Below, piece by piece: positions 14,269-24,100 of a stretch of DNA of 64,000 nt. Numbering within the stretch: position 1 is the first letter of the stretch; the number at the start of each line of letters is the position of its first letter. The position numbers and the translations under genes are program-made. This stretch comes from Nemertoderma westbladi (Eukaryota; Animalia; Xenacoelomorpha): the NCBI GenBank assembly GCA_032718475.1, contig JAUCBJ010007015.1, forward strand, positions 1 to 64,000. Reading direction: 5' to 3'. Below the pieces are notes generated by a model. That model was not told the DNA's origin. It searched no databases and worked only from the letters and a program-made list of their open reading frames with translations.

Positions 14269-17200
14269 TCATAATTCAAATATTCTGAAATATTCTTTTA
14301 TGTGCTTATGCTTTGAACGAAAAGATACACCTGGTATTGAAAAAGTGTTTGAAATAAAATTAGCTGACATTTGAGAAACTGCTGAGACTTCTGGGGGAGA
14401 TAGTCGTTCCTTAAGCGATTTATCGCAGTACTGATAGTTGCACAGCGATTTAATCGAGGGAAGACTATGCTCTTGTATGGCATATCTTAACGTGCCCCCT
14501 AAGCCTTGATACGTCCCTGGATTTCCCAACGCGTTATTTTGAACACCCAACCTAAAACTCACTTGTAGATTGTAATTGGGAGTAGATAGACCTCGCAGTA
14601 GGGTCCCAAGACACGATCTATAGGCTCCCACAGATAAACTATCTGTTCCAAACAGATGGTTTAGTGTTTCATTCGACACATACGGCCCCAAGTGAAGCAA
14701 ACCTCTCAGCTTCTGGCGATAATATGCATCTAACTTGGCTTTCTCAAATTTCTTCAGAGCACCAATCGAGTATTTGTGTCGGTATAAGAACGAGGATAAA
14801 GCAATTGATCTCCATAAAAGTGCCACTTTTTCCACTGGATAGTGTTTGGTAGTCCAACCTTGCTTATGGAATCGATCAGCCAATATTGCCAGAGCCTGGA
14901 TTGTATTAGCCAACACATTTACATTATTTTGCCAAGACCTTTGGATATTAACACCAAGGAAAGTTATCGACTGTGACATATCATGGTGTCGACCATTTAA
15001 AAACAGAGTTGGAGGCGGTTTATTCTCCGCTGTATTCCAAGGAGATAGATATATCCAATTTATCTTCGAGTCTTCCAACCGCAGCCCTAGTTTGGTTATG
15101 TGTGTTTCTATACGAGTTGCCAACTTCTCCATATCCCGTGGACAACTTGCCATCAGAAGGATGTCATCAGCATATCCAAGAGCACTAAACAACTCATTAT
15201 ATATTCGGCAACCAATCTTACTTTGACCATTGCATGAATAAATATTTGTAAACATCCCATTTGTGTAATAGTTAAACAGGGCTGGAGATAGAATGGACCC
15301 TTGTTTTATTCCATTAAGCATAGTGAAACCATTTTCCGATACAAGGCCATTTATGTTTATGAAAAGACGACTAAGCTGATAATAAACAACCAGAATTCTA
15401 CAGATGTACGGATTGATGACATCGGACATCCTCTGAAACAATTTAATCTGGTCGACTCCGTCATATGCCGCCGAGATATCCAGCTGACAAACGTATACTC
15501 CAGATCCATGCCTGCGATAATGTTCTATACACTCAAGTACAGCACTGAGAATTACATCACTGCCAATTCCCGATTGATAAGCCAACTGCTGAGGACTGGG
15601 TTCCAGAAAAAGATACTCCCTAAGTAATACTCCTTCGAGTACCTTGCCAAATATACTGATAGATGATATTGGACGATATGACGATGGTGCACAAACATCC
15701 TTTTTCTTCCCTTTGTAGATACAGGTGACTACAGTCTCCCCAAAGAAATCAGGCAGGCATCCTAGAGATATGGACTCATTTAATAACTTTGTTACGTGGT
15801 AGCACACAACTTCTTTCTCCGAATATAAAAGGTGCTCTACAGTCATCATCTGCTTGTCTGGGGACTTATTTCTGTTGAGAAGTAAGATTGTCCGTTCAAC
15901 CAACCTTTCAGAAATGACTGGTGCCTCAGTTTGACTACAAGCTGAACTTAGCTTCTCAAGTAAACTATTTATATTTTTCGGTTGAGAACTGTCCTTTTGT
16001 AGCTGATTACATAAATAGTCGGTGAGAGGACCTCTCATGGATTCAGCCGTGGTATCTTTCCGTTTATTATTTACAAAATTCCAAAATCCACTTGGGTTGT
16101 GTCTGTAACTGCCAATTAAATGATCAATGCGCTTGGATAAGTGTTGCTTGGTGAGCCAGTTTTTAAGGTGCCTCGTTGCACGCTTGGAATCTTGAAACAT
16201 CTGTCCAAAAGTGTCACCCGAATCCTTACCCCTTTCACACCAAATATTATATAACTTTTTAGATGTTTGGCATCTTTCCAGTAATTTTTTATTTCGCACC
16301 CTGATATTGTTCGACTTCTTTTTGTGCTGTTTCTTGGGTATATATTCATAGGCAGTATCATAAAATATTGCTTTCAGCGCATGACCGTACCAATCTATAT
16401 CCCTCTTTGTCCACTTTCGATCAAAACAGGAAACAATGTCCTTTAGCCTATTCAACTTGTGCTCGGTTTCTTGCATATACTTAGATAGCTTTTCCTTACT
16501 GCACTTTTCCCACGCAAAACGATGTATCCTTTGTACATTTTTTGTTGAAATTTTTTCTTTTTCTTCACGTTTTACTTCTAGTTTAAAACAAACGAGGACT
16601 GGGACATGATCAGAATTATTGTGAACCTCATCCATACCAAAAACGAAGCCTTGATGAATACTATTTGCTCCAGACCTAGATGTCACTATGTGATCGATGT
16701 ATGATTTGTTGCGTCCATGAAAAGTTACAGTTGGACCTTGAAAAGCTGAGAATGTGTCCACTGCATGAATACCTTGTTGCATTAAAAACTCATGAAATAT
16801 TTTTCCCCTAGCTGATGCATGTTCTCGACCAAAACGCAGTCCCTGCAGAGGCCCAACATCAGCGTTGAAGTCGCCAATTAGTATCGGGAGACTATTTGGG
16901 TACGACTTTAGGATGTTTGTCAGGCGACCTAAGAAGTCATAAAATTCACTAACTGGTTTACCAGCATCCGGAGCATATACATTCAGCACTAACAAATCCA
17001 AGTTACCCAAAGTAGCCTTGATACCTATGATGTCATTGCTAGATTCGAGCGGCATAGTGTAGTCAAATAGGTTTTTCCTAATGAGCAAGCCGACTCCCCC
17101 ACGAACTACTGCACAATGTTTAGTTTGATGGCCAGGAATATATAGGCATTCATAATTATTTTTAAAGCTTTCACACCAAATTTTTTCACATTCCGTCCCA

Positions 17201-17442
17201 TCCAACCATAGTTCTTGTATTCCACAAATATCTACATTATGTTCATCCAACAATTTATCGACGTACATCATATTGCTAAGTGCTCCCCTTACATTAAAAG
17301 TCAGGCAGTTCAAATTAGTTTTGGTAACTACAGCAGAATTATTTTCTTTAAAATTGGTGCATTTTGCATCCAAGCCGGAGCCATTAGAATTGAGCGCTGT
17401 AGCACCATCCTGAGCACCAGATCCATCTTTATTGTTAAACAC
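14269..17442 (-). CDS. LINE ORF2: AP endonuclease + reverse transcriptase (~1057 aa, non-ATG start)
   Basis: APE motifs TFNVRG, GIQELW, GGVG, NVYAP, GDFNA, YIDH, SDHVP. RT motifs YRPIS, LDISAAYD, GIKQGSILSP, YADD, FLGV. No internal stops. Confidence 0.96.
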   Translation of the reverse strand: MFNNKDGSGAQDGATALNSNGSGLDAKCTNFKENNSAVVTKTNLNCLTFNVRGALSNMMYVDKLLDEHNVDICGIQELWLDGTECEKIWCESFKNNYECLYIPGHQTKHCAVVRGGVGLLIRKNLFDYTMPLESSNDIIGIKATLGNLDLLVLNVYAPDAGKPVSEFYDFLGRLTNILKSYPNSLPILIGDFNADVGPLQGLRFGREHASARGKIFHEFLMQQGIHAVDTFSAFQGPTVTFHGRNKSYIDHIVTSRSGANSIHQGFVFGMDEVHNNSDHVPVLVCFKLEVKREEKEKISTKNVQRIHRFAWEKCSKEKLSKYMQETEHKLNRLKDIVSCFDRKWTKRDIDWYGHALKAIFYDTAYEYIPKKQHKKKSNNIRVRNKKLLERCQTSKKLYNIWCERGKDSGDTFGQMFQDSKRATRHLKNWLTKQHLSKRIDHLIGSYRHNPSGFWNFVNNKRKDTTAESMRGPLTDYLCNQLQKDSSQPKNINSLLEKLSSACSQTEAPVISERLVERTILLLNRNKSPDKQMMTVEHLLYSEKEVVCYHVTKLLNESISLGCLPDFFGETVVTCIYKGKKKDVCAPSSYRPISSISIFGKVLEGVLLREYLFLEPSPQQLAYQSGIGSDVILSAVLECIEHYRRHGSGVYVCQLDISAAYDGVDQIKLFQRMSDVINPYICRILVVYYQLSRLFININGLVSENGFTMLNGIKQGSILSPALFNYYTNGMFTNIYSCNGQSKIGCRIYNELFSALGYADDILLMASCPRDMEKLATRIETHITKLGLRLEDSKINWIYLSPWNTAENKPPPTLFLNGRHHDMSQSITFLGVNIQRSWQNNVNVLANTIQALAILADRFHKQGWTTKHYPVEKVALLWRSIALSSFLYRHKYSIGALKKFEKAKLDAYYRQKLRGLLHLGPYVSNETLNHLFGTDSLSVGAYRSCLGTLLRGLSTPNYNLQVSFRLGVQNNALGNPGTYQGLGGTLRYAIQEHSLPSIKSLCNYQYCDKSLKERLSPPEVSAVSQMSANFISNTFSIPGVSFRSKHKHIKEYFRIFEL

Positions 17443-20400
17443 GAATCCTCTTTCTTCTCCCTTCAGTTACCCTATAATGATATTGCTTGGGGCTGAAATC
17501 TCTTTCTACTGGATAAAGGCAGTTATCCAATTCTACATACTCTGACAAGTCTCTCTCTTTAAAGTCCAATGGAGTATTATAAGCAGTTGCGCGTTCTTCC
17601 CATCTAACACAAGTGATACCATCTGGCCAGAAAGATGGCTCCAAAAGATCTTGTTTACAGTTTCTCTCCATAATGAGCTTCATGTTTTTAATTCCATCAA
17701 AGATTCTTGTGGTTATACGGTGAATACGTGCCCCGCGATGTTCTACATAGGCGACAATGTCTTCCTCTGTATGTTTGCAGTTGATACCATTTACAAAAAA
17801 CACCTGTGATTCAAGTTGTTTTCTGCCATTATTTGAATTCCCCTTTTCTCTATGTGAGTCGTTTTCTTTTCTCTTAACATCATGTTTATCCATATCCCTA
17901 CATGAAAAGTTGGTCTTTAAGTCTTTGTTCTTTGTTTCCATTTTATTATTCACTGTGACATTAATTGTGTTCAAATGTTGTTGTTTTGGAAGAGAGCTGG
18001 ATTTTGTATTTGTAACACTTTCGGTACTTTCAGTCTGTTTTATCTCTGGAAAAGTGTACCTGTTAGAGACTGGTATCTGAAATGCGTGACTTCCGTTTTG
18101 ATTAATGAAGTTAACGCGTTTCCTTGTGCAATTCTTTGACTTGACTATGGTATATTCCGGTTCTTTCTTCCCAAAGGTATCAAGAACCTCATTATCTGTA
18201 TCACCTATGGAATCAATCACTATGAAACAGTCATCTTGGGATCCCTTGATTGATGCTTGACATACATTCTGAGCAATAGTTACACTTGTAATTGGTTTTT
18301 CTTTCATAGGCTGTGTCTGATTGTTATCTTTAGTACTCTCAACTTGTTGTTCAGCATTCCCTTTGATCAATTTTGTTAATGTTTCCATCTGATACTGAAG
18401 GACGTTTCTCAGCCGTCTTTCATGCTCTAATTCTTCACGTAGAAAACCCACTTCTTGCTTTAATGATGTTATATGAGTCTCTGTCTGGCTGAGTCTACCT
18501 TGGAGTACGGCAGAGGAATTTATACATTCCTGATGGACATCCTCCAGAGTTGTGGACCCATCACTGTTGAGCTCCTTCCTTTTAAGCCGGCGCTTGCAGC
18601 ATTCTGTGAAATTGTTTGATTCTTTGCATTTGTAGATCTCATAAATGTCAGTGACCAGCTCCTTTAGTGCCGCCCTGGATCGTAGCTGCAATGTGACAGA
18701 GTTTGTTGGGGACATTAAAGATTTTATGTCAGTAAAAAATTGACTTCTCAAAACATTACATTCTTCAGTTGTGTACGTTTTCATCATCTGTTTAATCGCA
18801 AATTGTCGCGGTTGTTGCATGATCTGATGAAAAATTGATCCATCCGAAGTATTAATATGATTATTTTTCTGCTTATATCCAGGGTCTTCAGTGGAGTCAA
18901 AGGAACTTGTTTCCTGGTTTCCCAATGAATTTTGTAGTCGCTTAGTAGAAACCGAATCCATACTTAGACAGAAATTCTCCTTATTTTTATCGAAAGTATT
19001 TTGATATCTTTTTTCTCCTCGTTGTATCTGAGAAAAACTAAAGATACCTGCAGATTCAATTAGTTTGCATTCTGTCAGGCATTCAAGAATCCACTTGCGT
19101 GCTTTCGCACTATCAAACACCACATCTGGGAGAACAACAGTATTTAAACCGCAGGCTAGAGCATAGTAGCACACAAAAACTCCACAATCAATACTGTTTC
19201 TTTGTTTCGCGAATTTCCTTGTCGAGACAGCTGAAAACCAAATTTTTTTGTGTCTTTCTTCCGTTTCAGGAGACAGTTCATCAATTAATGCCAACAGTTT
19301 GCAGATTTCCTCAGTAGTGGCTGTAGGTACATTTATATTTAGTGAATCAATACATTCAACTTGCCTGGTCAGGGTATCAGCTATATGAAGTATAAAATGA
19401 TTGCTCTGACATTCCGGGAAGAAAATATATCTTGGTTGAAGACCATCAGTATTAAATTTTCCATAATAAGCCTTTGCAATATACTTCACAGCACTTAAAT
19501 TATCGTAGACTCGTGTCCCTTCAACCCAGTCCAAAGATTGTAATTTAGTTGTAAGACAGCAACTAACGTAGGAAGTGTGAGGAATGTTTCGTTCAACTAA
19601 ACTTAGAAACCCCTCAAGTATGGAGTCAGTTAGCCAATCTCGGGTGTTAAGGAGATTTAAATCTGCAACTGATTGAAGAACAAGTCCCCTAGTACCAGGC
19701 TTAGCATCAGAACAACATTGCAAATAATCCTTAATTGCCTTTGAGTTGTCATGTCGAAAATTTGATTGACTACAGGGATAGACTTCTACGTGACAGGCTT
19801 GATTGAAATTCTTTGATCCCTCTACCAAGGCAGTTTCATGTTTCTCTTGATTTCCGGGACACTTACCAGCATAATGCGATGGCTGAAATGGAGCCACACC
19901 TGGGTCTAGTTGGTGTTGGTTTGATTTGTTTGCGCTCAAATTGGAAATCTCATACGAAATCTGATCCAGTGAACCAGAGACCAGCTCCCCATCCGGCTCC
20001 ACCACAGCCCGATCCAATCCCAGATTTGTCGACCCAGAAGGTGAACCCTCGACCGGAGGAGAAGGAGGGTTGGATCCCGGAGATGGCGACCCGGAAGGTG
20101 AACTCTCAACTGGAGGAGATGGAGAAGGAGGGTTGGATCCCGGAGACGGCGACCCGGAAGGTGAACCCTCGACTGGAGGAGAAGCAGGGTTGGATCGCGG
20201 AGATGGCGACCCGGAAACGGAACCCTCGACTGGAGGAGAATGAGGGTTGGATCCCGGAGACGGCGACCCGGAAGGTGAACCCTCAACTGGAGGAGAAGGA
20301 GGGTTGGATCCCGGAGATGGCGACCCGGAAGGTGAACCCTCGACTGGAGGAGAAGGAGGGTTGAATCCCGGAGATGGCGACCCGGAAGGTGAACCCTCGA

Positions 20401-21022
20401 CTGGAGGAGATGGAGAAGGAGGGTTGGATCCCGGAGATGGCGACCCGGAAGCTGAACCCTCGACTGGAGGAGAAGGAGAATTGGATCCCGGAGATGGCGA
20501 CCCGGAAGGTGAGCCCTCGACCGGAGGAGAAGGAGGGTTGGATCCCGGAGATGGCGACCCGGAAGCTGAACCCTCGACTGGAGGAGGAGGGTTGGATACC
20601 GGAGTCGGCGACCCGCAAGGTACCGGTATCTTCCTTAATCTCCAAGATCCGTCGTCTGCCAGATCCTCTATCTTATAGGGGTCAGCGGAGTGATCCTTCT
20701 TTACAGTTAACTGGGGAACACTTTCTGTGTTCTTGGGATCTCCGGGTTTACCCAATACTGGTAGTCCTACCTTGTGGTTGTACACAGCCGATTTCCTCCT
20801 AAGGCCATCTGGTACCGTAACCGGTTGGCCTACCGATAACGATTGTCTCCGCTTTAAATCCGCCGATTTACTTGAGGTAACAGAGCTGTTTGCTTTTCTA
20901 CCGGAGTTAGAGCAGAGGCCGCGTTTATTTGGCGCACAGTTTGTACATTTCCTTTGGTCGTTAACGCAGCTACATTTATTGCAACGTCCCCTTGTAGCGG
21001 AACAGACGCAGCAAGGTGCCAT
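17435..21022 (-). CDS. LINE ORF1 (1195 aa): Cys cluster, Pro/Ser repeats, Ulp1/SENP-like C48 protease, coiled coil, RRM-like C-terminus
   Basis: ATG at 21022; CCVC..CNKCSC..CTNC..CSN; WLTDSIL...NHFIL...IDSL...QRNSIDCGVFV; heptad stretch LSQTETHITSLKQEVGFLREEL; FFVNGI...TEEDI...FWPDGITCVRW typical of LINE ORF1 C-termini. Confidence 0.9.
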   Translation of the reverse strand: MAPCCVCSATRGRCNKCSCVNDQRKCTNCAPNKRGLCSNSGRKANSSVTSSKSADLKRRQSLSVGQPVTVPDGLRRKSAVYNHKVGLPVLGKPGDPKNTESVPQLTVKKDHSADPYKIEDLADDGSWRLRKIPVPCGSPTPVSNPPPPVEGSASGSPSPGSNPPSPPVEGSPSGSPSPGSNSPSPPVEGSASGSPSPGSNPPSPSPPVEGSPSGSPSPGFNPPSPPVEGSPSGSPSPGSNPPSPPVEGSPSGSPSPGSNPHSPPVEGSVSGSPSPRSNPASPPVEGSPSGSPSPGSNPPSPSPPVESSPSGSPSPGSNPPSPPVEGSPSGSTNLGLDRAVVEPDGELVSGSLDQISYEISNLSANKSNQHQLDPGVAPFQPSHYAGKCPGNQEKHETALVEGSKNFNQACHVEVYPCSQSNFRHDNSKAIKDYLQCCSDAKPGTRGLVLQSVADLNLLNTRDWLTDSILEGFLSLVERNIPHTSYVSCCLTTKLQSLDWVEGTRVYDNLSAVKYIAKAYYGKFNTDGLQPRYIFFPECQSNHFILHIADTLTRQVECIDSLNINVPTATTEEICKLLALIDELSPETEERHKKIWFSAVSTRKFAKQRNSIDCGVFVCYYALACGLNTVVLPDVVFDSAKARKWILECLTECKLIESAGIFSFSQIQRGEKRYQNTFDKNKENFCLSMDSVSTKRLQNSLGNQETSSFDSTEDPGYKQKNNHINTSDGSIFHQIMQQPRQFAIKQMMKTYTTEECNVLRSQFFTDIKSLMSPTNSVTLQLRSRAALKELVTDIYEIYKCKESNNFTECCKRRLKRKELNSDGSTTLEDVHQECINSSAVLQGRLSQTETHITSLKQEVGFLREELEHERRLRNVLQYQMETLTKLIKGNAEQQVESTKDNNQTQPMKEKPITSVTIAQNVCQASIKGSQDDCFIVIDSIGDTDNEVLDTFGKKEPEYTIVKSKNCTRKRVNFINQNGSHAFQIPVSNRYTFPEIKQTESTESVTNTKSSSLPKQQHLNTINVTVNNKMETKNKDLKTNFSCRDMDKHDVKRKENDSHREKGNSNNGRKQLESQVFFVNGINCKHTEEDIVAYVEHRGARIHRITTRIFDGIKNMKLIMERNCKQDLLEPSFWPDGITCVRWEERATAYNTPLDFKERDLSEYVELDNCLYPVERDFSPKQYHYRVTEGRRKRIRV
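20031..20620 (-). repeat. Coding minisatellite in ORF1, ~10 units of 57-63 bp (SPPVEGSPSGSPSPGSNPP)
   Basis: Repeated GAACCCTCGACTGGAGGAGAAGGAGGGTTGGATCCCGGAGATGGCGACCCGGAAG; length variants preserve the frame. Confidence 0.93.
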
Positions 21023-21125
21023 AATAATCTCACGATATTGATAGGTTATAATATTTCAGCAGTATTAGTACAGTGGTACTGCAAGGTGGGTTCTATATTT
21101 ATTATTACATATGATATTATTACAT

Positions 21126-24100
21126 ACTTGCGGTACTTACATGATACACCAATACTTGAGGTACTCACTTGCGGTACTTACATGATACACCAATACTTGC
21201 GGTACTTACATGATACACCAATACTTGCGGTACTTACATGGTACACCAATACTTGATGTACTCACTTGCGGTACTTACATGGTACACCAATACTTGCGGT
21301 ACTTACATGATACACCAATACTTACAGTACCTACATGGTACACCAATAGTTGCGGTACTTACATGATACACCAACACTTTCGGTACTTACATGGTACACC
21401 AACACTTGCGGTACTTACATGATACACCAACACTTGCGGTACTTACATGGTACACCAACACTTGCGGTACTTACATGGTACACCAATACTTGCGGTACTT
21501 ACATGATACACCAATACTTGCGGTACTTACATGATACACCAATACTTGCGGTACTTACATGATACACCAATACTTGAGGTACTCACTTGCGGTACTTACA
21601 TGATACACCAATACTTGCGGTACTTACATGATACACCAATACTTGCGGTACTTACATGATACACCAATACTTGAGGTACTCACTTGCGGTACTTACATGA
21701 TACACCAATACTTGCGGTACTTACATAATACACCAATACTTGAGGTACTTACATGGTACACCAATACTTGCGGTACTTACATGATACACCAATACTTGCG
21801 GTACTTACATGATACACCAATACTTGATGTACTCACTTGCGGTACTTACATGGTACACCAATACTTGCGGTACTTACATGATACACCAATACTTGCGGTA
21901 CTTACATGATACACCAATACTTGATGTACTCACTTGCGGTACTTACATGGTACACCAATACTTGCGGTACTTACATGATACACCAATACTTGCGGTACTT
22001 ACATGATAAACCAATACTTGAGGTACTTACATGGTACACCAATACTTGCGGTACTTACATGATACACCAATACTTGCGGTACTTACATGATACACCAATA
22101 CTTGCGGTACTTACATGATACACCAATACTTGCGGTACTTACATGATACACCAATACTTGCGGTACTTACATGGTACACCAATACTTGATGTACTCACTT
22201 GCGGTACTTACATGGTACACCAATACTTGCGGTACTTACATGATACACCAATACTTGCGGTACTTACATGATACACCAATACTTGCGGTACTTACATGAT
22301 ACACCAATACTTGCGGTACTTACATGGTACACCAATACTTGATGTACTCACTTGCGGTACTTACATGGTACACCAATACTTGCGGTACTTACATGATACA
22401 CCAATAGTTGCGGTACTTACATGGTACACCAATACTTGCGGTACTTACATGGTACACCAATAATTGATGTACTCACTTGCGGTACTTACATGATACACCA
22501 ATACTTGCGGTACTTACATGATACACCAATACTTGCGGTACTTACATGATACACCAATACTTGCGGTACTTACATGGTACACCAATACTTGCGGTACTTA
22601 CATGATACACCAATACTTGCGGTACTTACATGATACACCAATACTTGATGTACTCACTTGCGGTACTTACATGGTACACCAATACTTGCGGTACTTACAT
22701 GATACACCAATACTTGCGGTACTTACATGATAAACCAATACTTGAGGTACTTACATGGTACACCAATACTTGCGGTACTTACATGATACACCAATACTTG
22801 CGGTACTTACATGATACACCAATACTTGCGGTACTTACATTATACACCAATACTTGCGGTACTTACATGATACACCAATACTTGCGGTACTTACATGGTA
22901 CACCAATACTTGATGTACTCACTTGCGGTACTTACATGGTACACCAATACTTGCGGTACTTACATGATACACCAATACTTGCGGTACTTACATGATACAC
23001 CAATACTTGCTGTACTTACATGATACACCAATACTTGCGGTACTTACATGGTACACCAATACTTGATGTACTCACTTGCGGTACTTACATGGTACACCAA
23101 TACTTGCGGTACTTACATGATACACCAATAGTTGCGGTACTTACATGGTACACCAATACTTGCGGTACTTACATGGTACACCAATAATTGATGTACTCAC
23201 TTGCGGTACTTAAATGATACACCAATACTTGCGGTACTTACATGATACACCAATACTTGCGGTACTTACATGGTACACCAATACTTGATGTACTCACTTG
23301 CGGTACTTACATGGTACACCAATACTTGCGGTACTTACATGATACACCAATACTTGCGGTACTTACATGGTACACCAATACTTGCCGTACATACATGATA
23401 CACCAATACTTGCGGTACTTACATGGTACACCAATACTTGATGTACTCACTTGCGGTACTTACATGGTACACCAATACTTGCGGTACTTACATGATACAC
23501 CAATACTTGCGGTACTTACATGGTACACCAATACTTGCGGTACTTACATGATACACCAATAGTTGCGGTACTTACATGGTACACCAATACTTGCGGTACT
23601 TACATGGTACACCAATACTTGATGTACTCACTTGCGGTACTTACATGATACACCAATACTTGCGGTACTTACATGATACACCAATACTTGCGGTACTTAC
23701 ATGGTACACCAATACTTGATGTACTCACTTGCGGTACTTACATGATACACCAATACTTGCGGTACTTACATGATACATCAATACTTGCGGTACTTACATG
23801 GTACACCAATACTTGATGTACTCACTTGCGGTACTTACATGGTACACCAATACTTGAGGTACTTACATGGAACACCAATACTTGCGGTACTTACATGGTA
23901 CACCAATACTTGCGGTACTTACATGGTACACCAATACTTGATGTACTCACTTGCGGTACTTACATAGTACACCAATACTTGCGGTACTTACATGGTACAC
24001 CAATAGTTGCGGTACTTACATGGTACACCAATACTTGCGGTACTTACATGGTACACCAATACTTGATGTACTCACTTGCGGTACTTACATGGTACACCAA

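Larger units (their letters stand above)
13648..21125 (-). mobile_element. Full-length non-LTR retrotransposon (APE-RT LINE, RTEX-like), about 7.48 kb
   Basis: Two intact ORFs, ~100-nt 5' UTR and ~620-nt 3' UTR ending in a CGCGC-GTTT-GCGCG hairpin plus TAATCTAATCTAAA. Flanked by ACTTGCGGTACTTA (13634-13647, 21126-21139), a 14-bp phase shift of the satellite consistent with a TSD. Clade is inferred from motifs (TVEHLLY, KQGSILSP, GCRI..LGYADDILL), not from a tree. Confidence 0.93.

Noticed and set aside
19813-20802. Antisense and alternative-frame ORFs (GDGDPEGEP, MATRKVNP repeats)
   Set aside because: Shadows of the ORF1 coding minisatellite.
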